NCBI GenBank assembly: GCA_043732485.1
Contig: JAYTHP010000018.1
Location: forward strand, 1-19,955
DNA from: Oligoflexia bacterium
GTDB lineage: Bacteria > Bdellovibrionota > UBA1018
DNA length: 19,955 nt
Reading direction: 5' to 3'
Position numbers and translations under genes: made by a program. Below, piece by piece: positions 8,992 through 17,351 of the stretch (positions are counted from its first letter, which is position 1; each line of letters begins with the position of its first letter). Below the pieces are notes generated by a model. That model was not told the DNA's origin. It worked only from the letters and a program-made list of their open reading frames with translations, and did no database searches.

Positions 8992-9125
8992 TAAAGCTCG
9001 AGGTGATTTGTTCGCGTAAGCGATTCAGGGGAGCGGCAGACGAGGAGGACACGTGCAATGGCGCGTGTGATGGCTCTTGTGCGGCGCTGAGTTTTTTTCA
9101 AATAAAGCTAACTCTTGGCACTTTC

Positions 9126-9146
9126 GTATCGTGTCCTTTCCGTAAA
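9126..9146 (+). repeat. IS66 right terminal inverted repeat (internally shortened)
   Basis: GTGTCCTTTCCGTAAA matches the left-end GTGTCCTTTCCGCAAA at 15/16. Outer part GTATC versus GTAAC, with about 6 bp missing. Confidence 0.75.
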
Positions 9147-9194
9147 ATTGCGTAGGAGCTAAAATGGGTATTTGTATCAAATTTTAGGGGGATT

Positions 9195-10814
9195 TTAGGC
9201 AGTCTTTTTAGTGAGAATGCTGAGGTGGTTCTGATAATTCCAAGGAAACCATAGTGCAGGATTCAGCGTAACGTCGCTTGGGTCGTATTACAGGGCCACG
9301 AGGTATTCAAGGATATTGGCGCCACAGTAGCTCGCTGTCTCTGTAAGACTGAGAGTCGTATTTCCAACTGCGGCGCTTGCTTCGGTCCGAAAGAATATGG
9401 CCACTTTTCGCACGCCGATGGCTAGCCTGAGCATGCGTTCGCAATCGATATTGGCTATCGGCAACCCGGCTACCCGTGTGAATAAGGTCAGGGCTTCATA
9501 ATACTTGAGCAAGTGCTTGATTGCTTTGCCCAAGCCTCCGCTGGGTTCAACCCGCTTGTTGGCAAATTCGCTCAGTCCCCAGAGCCGTAACCGCTCCATC
9601 ACCGGCAAGCTAGCCTGCTGATGAAACAACAAACGGTCCTGGGGATTCATTTTTTTCTTTTTGCGATTTGGTCAGCCTTAAAAATAAGGTCTTGCTCTGT
9701 TACCATCCAGTTGCAACTCTTGGGATAGCGCGGGATGAGAGCAAAAAACTCGCGCCGCAGGTGATCCATGCACGAAGCCGCCGCTTCCCGGTCCTCTACA
9801 AGGCGATGCGATGAGCACCCACTCGTGCATAGATGCCGGTGGTAACCATGCCCTTGCGTTTGACCGTAAGGCCTGATTTTTTGGCAGTTTTATTGTCTTT
9901 CATGCTGCTTTGGACGCGGACCCAGGTGTCGTCGTTTTGCAACACCTCTCCCTGCGCAGCGGTTTTGATGAGCGCTTGGAAGACCGGGAGGGCAATCTCG
10001 GATAACCCTTCTACCAGGCTATAAAGCCTGGCAGCCGGCAACGGCGTGCCCATGCTACCGAGCATTTTGGAAAATCGATGAAAGGGCATCGCGTCTGGGT
10101 ACTTCTGGCTGGCCGCAATCGCCACCGCTTCAGGTGTCGCCCTGGATGCTTTTGCACGTCCGCAGGCAAGGGGCGGTAAAAAGTTCCTCGCAAGACGAGC
10201 ACCTCAAGTGATCCACCCTGTTGCTCACAATCCGAACAAACCTGGGCTAGCGCATCGTAGAGGCAAAACCGACCCGTTTGGCACGCAGGACAGGAGCGGT
10301 CCCGCGGCAAGCTCCGTATGCGGATGGTGCGGGCAGGAGACCGGACTTTTCCAGGAAGCGGCGGATCGCCGGCCATGACCCTGAACCGGGCTTTGGTTCA
10401 CCTGAGGGTCCAAGGCCTTTAAGGTCTCGACCTCCGCAGAACTGACTCCTTCTGCTGCCCCGGGCATGGCTTCGCTTGCGACCTCATGACTCCCCGCCCC
10501 TTCCCCGGAACCCTACAAGCTTGGGTCGGCTGCCGGCTGCAACTCGGGAGTTGCTTGAGGTGAACCGTCCTTTGACGGGGAGTTCTCAACGAAAGGCTTG
10601 ATTTTTCCGGTAGATTTTCCAAGCATAAGCTTCTTCAGCTTAAGCAGCCTGGCCCGACCAGACTCAAGCAACGTAAAAATATACAAAAAGTTCCTGAAGA
10701 CCGCCTCAGTGAGCAGGCAATCCTCAGCGTTTTGCTCATTTTTCTTGATTCTTGCTATCAGTGCTTCTCATTTTGCGGCGCTGACGTTAAGGGGCTAATC
10801 AGAGAGGGTTCCAT
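9195..10814 (-). pseudogene. tnpC: IS66 transposase TnpC, multiple frameshifts, stops and an apparent internal deletion
   Basis: Fragments in order: LLKLKKLMLGKST, GHGR, CPAC zinc-finger half, KY.DAMPFHR, LQNDDT, CMDHLRREF, EPSGGLGKAIKHLLKYY, NIDCERMLR, and the terminal NPALWFPWNY beyond the TAA at 9288-9290. Final stop at 9195-9197. Confidence 0.9.
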
Positions 10815-10869
10815 GCGGTTTTTTGTGAGGCCAGCATGAAACCCTCCATCTAAATTTCCAGTTATTCCT

Positions 10870-11216
10870 CTCATTTTTTTAAGCCACTTTCCTCCCGCCG
10901 GATTGCCATTCTACAGCAAAGTAGAGAGCTCCTGGACCGCCAGGCTGCACGTCAACTCAAACCCCTCCGATTGCGGCCAATGCTTGATTTTTCCTTAGGT
11001 CAAATCTCTTTTGTACGAGCCAGAACCCTTGGCCATCATAATAAAGCATTTTGATGGCCGTGCCCTGCTTATTACGGATACAAAGAGGGCCCCCGAATGG
11101 GGGTCTTGCTGTAAAACCTCCCGGCACTGTGCCACTAAACCATCGATGCTCTTGCTAAAATGAACCGGCGGCGAGGTCTGCACCAGAACCCGGGTGCCTG
11201 GGCTGAGCGCAATCCG
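10870..11216 (-). pseudogene. tnpB: IS66 accessory protein TnpB, frameshifted
   Basis: Pieces IALSPGTRVLVQTSPPVHFSKSIDGLVAQCREVLQQDPHSGALFV, KMLYYDGQGFWLVQKR and HWP...LL*NGNP lie in shifting frames. GGAGG RBS is present but the start codon is lost. Ends approximate. Confidence 0.85.
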
Positions 11217-11619
11217 GCCGCCTCCATTTCTGACTGGGTGGCGGCAGAGGCCATCAACCAGTCAGAGAAAATCTTAGCCCAGTCATCGACCGACCCCCCC
11301 CCTCCCCCGGACCACAGCAAGCGCATCCGACCTTGAGCTGAGATGATGCTCAAAACCGAAACTGTTCGCAAGGGGTTGAGGCGTAAGCGGCGGGAGCTCG
11401 ACAGACCCATGATGAGCCGTCGGACGGGCAGGGGCGCAGGCTCGCTGAGTCGAGTCCTAAGTATGTGGCCACCTTGGAGACGGTGTATTGTTGGGCTAAA
11501 TGAGCGGCTTTTTGCCATAAGAGCTCTGGCATGCGGTGGGTCTTCTTGTTGCCCCGCCAGGCGTGGATTGCCACCTTGAGCTTGGCGGCCGCCTTATCCT
11601 TTGTGATCTGCTTTTTCAT
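11215..11619 (-). pseudogene. tnpA: IS66 orfA/TnpA helix-turn-helix protein, frameshifted
   Basis: WR...RMPELLWQKAAHLAQQYTVSKVATYLGLD is an IS66 orfA-type pattern. The C-terminal part appears to continue in another frame. First gene inside the left IR; 3' end approximate. Confidence 0.75.
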
Positions 11620-11677
11620 CTGTGAGGGTCTCCCTCTTGAAAGAGGAAAATCACTTTTTTAGCTATTTTCATGTTAC

Positions 11678-11704
11678 TTTGCGGAAAGGACACTCGGACG
11701 TTAC
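11678..11704 (-). repeat. IS66 left terminal inverted repeat
   Basis: Reverse complement GTAACGTCCGAGTGTCCTTTCCGCAAA; outer end lies 85 bp upstream of the tnpA start. Confidence 0.85.
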
Positions 11705-12329
11705 ACCCTCAAAAGCATTTTCTTGGCTAGGCAGGCTTGGCCACCGACACCCTGCTCCTCCTCGTGCCAGGTGTCTACACCAGAGAATTTTCGGGCCGCA
11801 AGGAGGGGGTGGTTTGGTTGAGGTGGGAGAAAGTGCCAAAAAAAACTGGTAAATAACGTCTCCGTTGCTAAACTGGGGCTAGTCTGAGATAATGAGAGAG
11901 AACAGTCGGAGCTGTAAAATAGCGCTTAATAGGGGACGATGCGAGGCATTGCAGCCTAAGGGATTGCGATTTTGAGAGGGTTCAAAAATCAACCCACTTG
12001 GCCTCCGTTGGGGTTAGCGTGGCGATCTTCGGTTTTTGTGACTTCTCACCCTCGGGGCTGCTTAAAAAGCTTGGGCAAGTCTTGACTTGTTCTTCAGATT
12101 TCGAAAGAAAAAAAAGCTTATGAGCGTCAGCTTTAATTTAGTTGAGAAGCCTTTTGGGAGCAGCAGATCGTCTGATCTCGCGTAAGAGATGGACTCTTAT
12201 TGGAAAGCGGCCAAAGATTCGAGGTCTTTTTGCACCAGGAATCGCTCTTGTGTTCATAAGGTGGTTTTCGTATCGAAGGCCCTTCTGTGGGTCTAATAGT
12301 TTCGATGGTCCCAGCTAGCCAAGATAAGT

Positions 12330-12660
12330 TGATAATAAATTTTTTTATCTTTTTTTGTAGAGTTTTTTCAGGTTTTTAGTAATGATAAAAAGGTATTCTC
12401 TGAGTGTTTTCGAATAAAATTAATATAGACAAAACTGACACGCCGATACGTTTTCGTCAATTTTATTTTTTTTATGAAGAAAAATCTGAGCCAGTCATCT
12501 TGCATCAAGTAATCCTCGATATCTGAATCAGAAAAAATAGTGCCCTGTAATTTATTATTAATATAATTAAAAAAAAATGCAAAATTTTTTTGTACACTTA
12601 ATTAAACTGAATCAATAATATAATTTTTGGGAATGTTTAGGTCTTGAATCTTTTCGGAGC
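12330..12660 (+). promoter_or_regulatory. Very AT-rich upstream region, probable promoter of the glycosylation locus
   Basis: Long A and T runs, no ORF, perfect TATAAT at 12562-12567 and 12619-12624, GGAG RBS before GTG 12666. No convincing -35 found. Confidence 0.5.
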
Positions 12661-12665
12661 GCTCA

Positions 12666-13478
12666 GTGAATTTTTTTCGTCTTAAGCCTTTGTCTGCGGA
12701 ATTTATGGCGGATGAGGCTACCTTGCAGATTACTCTTCTCATCCCTGCTAGGGATTCGGCTGGCACAATGAGTCACACGGTGCAAAAAGCTTCCCAGTTT
12801 TTGGCGAAGTTTTTTCCTGATCAATATGAGATTATCCTCATTCCTAATGGCGCGAATAGTGATTGCTTTGATCAAACAGTCGCGGTTGCTGCACAACTTG
12901 CCCAAACATCTCCCCGCACTCGCTCAGTCGTTCTTAGCGGGAATCCGGGCAAAGGCGCGGCCTTGAGAAGCGGACTTGTTCATGCGAAAGGAAGCTGGAT
13001 ATTTTTAACCGATGCGGATCTGCCTTATGAACTTGACTTTTTTGTAGGAGCGGCCTCTGCTTTGAAAGAGGGCGCTTCTTTCGTTACAGGAAATCGTCGT
13101 TTGCCGGAAAGCTACTTCGATTTGCCCGCTGAGCTTCTTCCGCTCGCTTATAAAAGGCATACACTAGGCCTGCTTTTTAACTGGGTGGTAAGGCTGCTCT
13201 TTTCGCTGTCCTCAAGCGATACCCAGGCGGGGATTAAGGCGATGACCAGGCAGTTTGCTCGCAACGCTTTTTTACGAGTTCAGTGCCCAGGATTTTTCTT
13301 TGATCTTGAACTTTTTCTAGTTGCTCAGGCAAGAGAATACCGACATGTTGAGCTTCCCGTTACTTTATACCTTAATTCTGAAAAAAGTACCGTCCGTATC
13401 CTACGCGAAGGAGTGCAGGCGGCTTATTGGCTTACTCGTATTTCTCGGGACTATTGGAAAGGGTATTATTCAATATGA
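12666..13478 (+). CDS. GT2 family polyprenyl-phosphate glycosyltransferase (dolichol-P-glucose/mannose synthase-like)
   Basis: ITLLIPA, YEIILI, NPGKGAALRSGL..AKG.WIFLTDADLPY (intact DxD), VTGNR, DTQAGIKAM, GFFFDLELF, ELPV. Alternative start ATG 12705. Confidence 0.92.
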   Translation: MNFFRLKPLSAEFMADEATLQITLLIPARDSAGTMSHTVQKASQFLAKFFPDQYEIILIPNGANSDCFDQTVAVAAQLAQTSPRTRSVVLSGNPGKGAALRSGLVHAKGSWIFLTDADLPYELDFFVGAASALKEGASFVTGNRRLPESYFDLPAELLPLAYKRHTLGLLFNWVVRLLFSLSSSDTQAGIKAMTRQFARNAFLRVQCPGFFFDLELFLVAQAREYRHVELPVTLYLNSEKSTVRILREGVQAAYWLTRISRDYWKGYYSI

Positions 13479-14051
13479 TTTTATCTTTTTTTTCTTTGGC
13501 TAACGATCAGACCGGGTCATTGGGTCTGGGAGGAAAAATTTTTTCAATGGCTCTATTTTTCCTGAATCCCCAGCGGCAAAGGGCGAAACCTTCTGTTGTC
13601 TCAAGAAGGCTACTTGATCTCAAATCAGATCAGGGCTTTTACGCAACGACTCTGCCATTCGGGTCGGCTGCAAGGAGAGGGTTAAGAAGTGAACGCGAAC
13701 TGGGGAGGCTAAGATCAGCGTTTTCGCCGTCGCGATTCGTTTCTAAGCAGGCTTTTGTGAAGGGGGGGGCTGCTTGCTCCTGCTTCTTCGGTGCTGAGAT
13801 TTGTTATTGCGGCAGGTAACATTGTTCACTATCGAGTAAATTGGTTAAGAAATGCTTTAGTTGCCCGATTACGGAGTATCTTTCCCGCGGGTGAGATCTT
13901 TATCCTACGCGAAGTCGTATCAAGCGCGGGAATGCCCTTTCTTTGGAATCGTCCTGGAAAAAAATTAGCCACCTTAGTTTCATGTTACGCAAACAAGGGC
14001 ATAGGGAGGAACAAACTATTCTACTCCCCAGCGAGAGTTAAAGAAGCATGA
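13475..14051 (+). other. Possible frameshifted ORF of unknown function between the two glycosyltransferase genes
   Basis: ATG 13475 overlaps the GT2 stop (ATGA). First frame ends at 13819; second frame opens right at a G8 tract (13762-13769) and ends at 14051. No recognisable motif. Confidence 0.25.
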
Positions 14052-14117
14052 GCGCTGGGCTTTTCAGCTTAGGTTCGTGCGCTACTTTAGTCTTAAATTT
14101 TTAAGGATAATGTTCTT

Positions 14118-16976
14118 ATGTCCACTAGGTTTAGTAAAATCATTCCTCTGATTTCTTGGGTTGCGATGACACTGTGGGTGATTGTCTTACCTCTTTATGC
14201 CTATAAAATTTATATCACTGAAGGCAATACAGATTTTGAGGTATATTACCGAGCCGCGCTACGTTTAAGTCAGGGTAAATGGGCTGATATTTATAACTTG
14301 GCAGACGGTGCTTGCCCATTCCGATACGCTCCAATTACATTACTTTTTTTTCGACCTTTAGCGGCATTCACTTATTCAGTTTCTCAGGAGATTTGGTACT
14401 TTCTGCAATACAGTTGGTTCATTTTAGGTTTTTTCTTGCTACACCAAGTGATGAAACTTATAGGCGCCCGCTATCCGCAGGCGGTCACCTCCCTTGCATC
14501 ACTGTTTATTCTGCGTTTTTGTCTGGATTGCTTTACCATTGGCCAGGTCTCAAGCCTACTGTTTTTATTTTCTGCGCTGAGCCTCTACAGTTGGTCCCGC
14601 TGGCAAGTCGGATCGGCTGCTTGCGCCATGTTGGTTCCAGCGATTTTTAAAATAGGACCAGGAATCTTATTTCCCCTCTTTTTAAAGTGGGCGCCTCAAG
14701 GGCGCTGGGAAGTGCTAGTAAAGCCATGTTTATTTTTAGGCTTACTTTCTCTAGGATTGGGATTGTCGCTTACTCTGGAAGCAGGCTCGCTTTTTCACGC
14801 AGGCCCGAGTGTCGTTTGGAGCTCGTTGTGGAGCTCTTGGATGATGGTGGTGATTCAAGACAGTACTTATTTTGATGCTGCTCACTATGGAAGCCAGTCG
14901 ATTAAAAGCTTTTTGCTTAGGCTTGCGGCCTCAGGCCAGCTGACGATGCTCCAAGCTTCGTGGAGCTATCTTTTGGTGTCTTGCGCGCTTTGCGTTTCGC
15001 TTTTTCGTTTTTGGCTCTTGTACACTCCGAGCGGTCCGAAGGGTCGAGCTTATTTTTTCGCACTAGGAATTTTCCCCTACCTTTGGGTGATGCCTGAAAC
15101 ATTTAAGTACACTTTGACACTTTTGGCTATACCTGTGGCGCTTCTTTTGGTCGAAGTCGTCGAGGGCAGAGCTTCCAGGTGGACGAAATTTGCAATTTTT
15201 TTTGCGACTCTGACTCTTTCCTTGGCTGGTAAGGATCTGATTGGTGAGCCGCTTTTTTTTGGTTTACAAAAGGCATCGATCCCCCTTTTGGCAACTTTTT
15301 TTCTTGGGCTAGCGACTCTTGAGCAGACTTTAGGGCAGGTTCAGCGAGCTCGTCGTGACCAAAAATCGCAAGGACTGGGCCTTCCTCGAAGGCCGGAGCC
15401 TTGGGCTCCTGAATTATCAGAGTCTTTTTCAAAATTAAATTATTCTGTGATCATTCCTGTTCCGATCACGGAGGATTCTTTTTTTGATATTTCTAGTATT
15501 AGGCTTTTAACACGATTTCTGCAGGAGCTGGAGGCGGGCTTAATCGAGCGTCAGTCTGGGACGTTTGAGATTTGTTTGGAGCCTTATGGTCATCCAGTGG
15601 CTTTTGATCAACCCGTGTGGCTGGAGCTTGCTCGTGTCGCGGCCGAAAACGGGTGGATTTTTGCTCAATCGAAAGAAGTTCAAGGCACCTGGAGTTTGGC
15701 GCTTCGACAATCCTTTTTGCAATCGCGGGGTGCGAAACTTCTTGTGTTACGGGCGGAGCAGCCCTGCGACCCGATTTTTTTTCACAACGCTTTAGAAGTC
15801 ATGACGCAAACTCAAGGCACGGCCCAGCCGACCAGCTTAGTGCGCGGTAATCGGCGCTTGCCAAAAGCTCGCTTCCAGATTCCGGTAAGCTCGTTATGGC
15901 GGGTAGGGCGCAGCCATTTGCTAGGTCTTTTCGTCAATCGCTTGATTCGCTTGGTCGTGCCTATAGAAACCACGGATAGTCATTCCAGGATTTTGGTCAT
16001 TGAACGCAAGCTTGCCAAGGAGGTTTTTACCCTGCAAGGGTCTTCGGATTTTATTTTTGATCTTGAGATGGATCTCGTGGCCCGCAGTCAGGGAATGTTC
16101 CAGTGTGATCTTCCGGTTACGCTCTATTTGACCAAAGAAAAAACAGTCGCTGAGTTACTACGGGATGCGGCCGGTGTGACCTCGTGTCTCGCTGTTTTGA
16201 TATGGCGATTCCATCGTGGCTATTACGCTCCCGGACCCGCGATGAGTTCCCAGTTTACCGCCGATGACTGGGGGATTTCTCCTGAAGTGAATCAAGGTAT
16301 TTTGGAGCTTGCCCGTAAGGGCATCGTCCGGCGTGTTTCGGTCATGGCGCGTTCGCGTTTCGTGGCCTCCGGTTTGGCTGAGTTGCAGGAGATCCCTGGG
16401 GTGAAGCTTGGTCTTCATTTTGATCTCACGTTTGAAAAAGCGAGGCCTCGGGACGTTTTCTTTTCCTGGGTCCTACCTAGGTTGCCCGCAAAGCGTCGCG
16501 AGCTTGAGCGCCTGCTGCGCCTCGATTTTGAAGCACAAATTGAGACTTTAAGGCTGCATCAAATTACGCCTACCTATTTGGACGGACATCATCATATTCA
16601 TCTGGTGCCTGGCATCTTGTCAGTGCTTGCTAAAAATATAAAATCCATCGGAATCGACACCGTCCGAATTCCTTATGATCCTGGGCATTGGTTGAGTCGA
16701 TTTTTGGTTCTCAATGTGTTGGCGCTATCGGTACGGGTGCGACTTAAGAAATACGGCTTTAATAGCCTCCCTTGTTTTTATCCTAAAGAAGCAGATTTTT
16801 TGGATCTTGGAAGACTCAGGACAAGGTTGGCTCGGCACGCGCATTCTGAGGTCATTGTCCATCCGGCGCGTGCTAATGATTTTCTCGAGCAAGGCGTTCA
16901 AGACAGTTATTCGGAAGGTCGCGTTCGTGAGTACCGAGCCCTCTTGCTGCTGCAAAGTTCAAGGGAGTCCGTGTGA
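14118..16976 (+). CDS. Triple fusion: GT87/DUF2029 multi-TM glycosyltransferase + degenerate GT2 domain + YdjC/ChbG-family carbohydrate deacetylase
   Basis: N-terminal part (~14118-15330): TDFEVYYRAA..L..G...IY, PFRYAP, IGQ, IFKI.PG, SQSI plus many hydrophobic helices. Middle (~15435-16226) aligns by eye to the upstream GT2. C-terminal part (~16252-16976): TADDWG, GLHFDLT, YLDGHHHIH, EVIVHPA, YSEGRVREY. Confidence 0.9.
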   Translation: MSTRFSKIIPLISWVAMTLWVIVLPLYAYKIYITEGNTDFEVYYRAALRLSQGKWADIYNLADGACPFRYAPITLLFFRPLAAFTYSVSQEIWYFLQYSWFILGFFLLHQVMKLIGARYPQAVTSLASLFILRFCLDCFTIGQVSSLLFLFSALSLYSWSRWQVGSAACAMLVPAIFKIGPGILFPLFLKWAPQGRWEVLVKPCLFLGLLSLGLGLSLTLEAGSLFHAGPSVVWSSLWSSWMMVVIQDSTYFDAAHYGSQSIKSFLLRLAASGQLTMLQASWSYLLVSCALCVSLFRFWLLYTPSGPKGRAYFFALGIFPYLWVMPETFKYTLTLLAIPVALLLVEVVEGRASRWTKFAIFFATLTLSLAGKDLIGEPLFFGLQKASIPLLATFFLGLATLEQTLGQVQRARRDQKSQGLGLPRRPEPWAPELSESFSKLNYSVIIPVPITEDSFFDISSIRLLTRFLQELEAGLIERQSGTFEICLEPYGHPVAFDQPVWLELARVAAENGWIFAQSKEVQGTWSLALRQSFLQSRGAKLLVLRAEQPCDPIFFHNALEVMTQTQGTAQPTSLVRGNRRLPKARFQIPVSSLWRVGRSHLLGLFVNRLIRLVVPIETTDSHSRILVIERKLAKEVFTLQGSSDFIFDLEMDLVARSQGMFQCDLPVTLYLTKEKTVAELLRDAAGVTSCLAVLIWRFHRGYYAPGPAMSSQFTADDWGISPEVNQGILELARKGIVRRVSVMARSRFVASGLAELQEIPGVKLGLHFDLTFEKARPRDVFFSWVLPRLPAKRRELERLLRLDFEAQIETLRLHQITPTYLDGHHHIHLVPGILSVLAKNIKSIGIDTVRIPYDPGHWLSRFLVLNVLALSVRVRLKKYGFNSLPCFYPKEADFLDLGRLRTRLARHAHSEVIVHPARANDFLEQGVQDSYSEGRVREYRALLLLQSSRESV

Positions 16977-17078
16977 TCTTGCTAAAAAACTGGCAGGTGG
17001 GATCCTGCTTGAGTTTTTTCTTGCTGCCTTAAGCTGTTTTAGCCGAAAAGAGCAACGTCCTGACTATGGCAGGGCAGG

Positions 17079-17109
17079 CGCCCGAACGGGTTGAACCCGT
17101 TGTTGGGCG
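17079..17109. terminator. Palindrome/hairpin downstream of the fusion gene, overlapping the IS21 right end
   Basis: Perfect AACGGGTT-G-AACCCGTT (17085-17101) extended by CGCCCG/TGGGCG. No U-tract, so a terminator role is uncertain. Confidence 0.3.
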
Positions 17110-17159
17110 ACCATGAATAGTACCCAGTTTTTGAGGTTGGCGACAATAAAAAACGGGCA
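17101..17159 (+). repeat. IS21 right end: terminal IR plus subterminal repeat
   Basis: TG terminus and two GGCGAC-containing units; CGACA....AAAAACGGGCA is shared with the left end. Confidence 0.7.
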
Positions 17160-17351
17160 CGGGTTGAGGGGTGGATTCAGAGGATTTCTGGGATGAAGTC
17201 AATCGATTGTCTGGTAAAAATTTTTAGCCGCTAAAACGATGACTTTTAAGCGTCAAGTGAGCGAAGTCCCCTGGGTGGGGTGAGGAAGAAGGGGAAGCCG
17301 TATGCTGCCGCTGCTTGAACGGTCTTTGAGGGGCTGGGAGTGGCTGGAGCG

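Larger units (their letters stand above)
9126..11704 (-). mobile_element. Degraded IS66-family insertion sequence (~2.6 kb)
   Basis: tnpA-tnpB-tnpC remnants in canonical order on the minus strand. Left end reads GTAACGTCCGAGTGTCCTTTCCGCAAA (minus strand from 11704; GTAA terminus is typical of IS66) and right end reads GTATCGTGTCCTTTCCGTAAA (from 9126). No clean 8-bp target duplication. Confidence 0.9.

Noticed and set aside
11750..11935. Fragments resembling RNase P RNA (GTGCCAGGT, GAAAGTGCCA, AGATAATGA) or SRP/glycine-riboswitch cores (GGCCGCAAGGAG)
   Set aside because: The conserved GAGGAAAGTCC and ACAGAACCCGGCTTA blocks, the SRP AGCAG and the glycine CTCTCAGG are missing, and the spacing is too short. 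An Rfam scan would settle it.
12420..12450. Sigma-28-like -10 element GCCGATAC upstream of the GT2 gene
   Set aside because: No TAAA -35 element at the expected 15-nt spacing.
14312..17094. Small ORFs overlapping the 952-aa fusion on both strands
   Set aside because: Alternative frames of a gene with clear domain motifs throughout.
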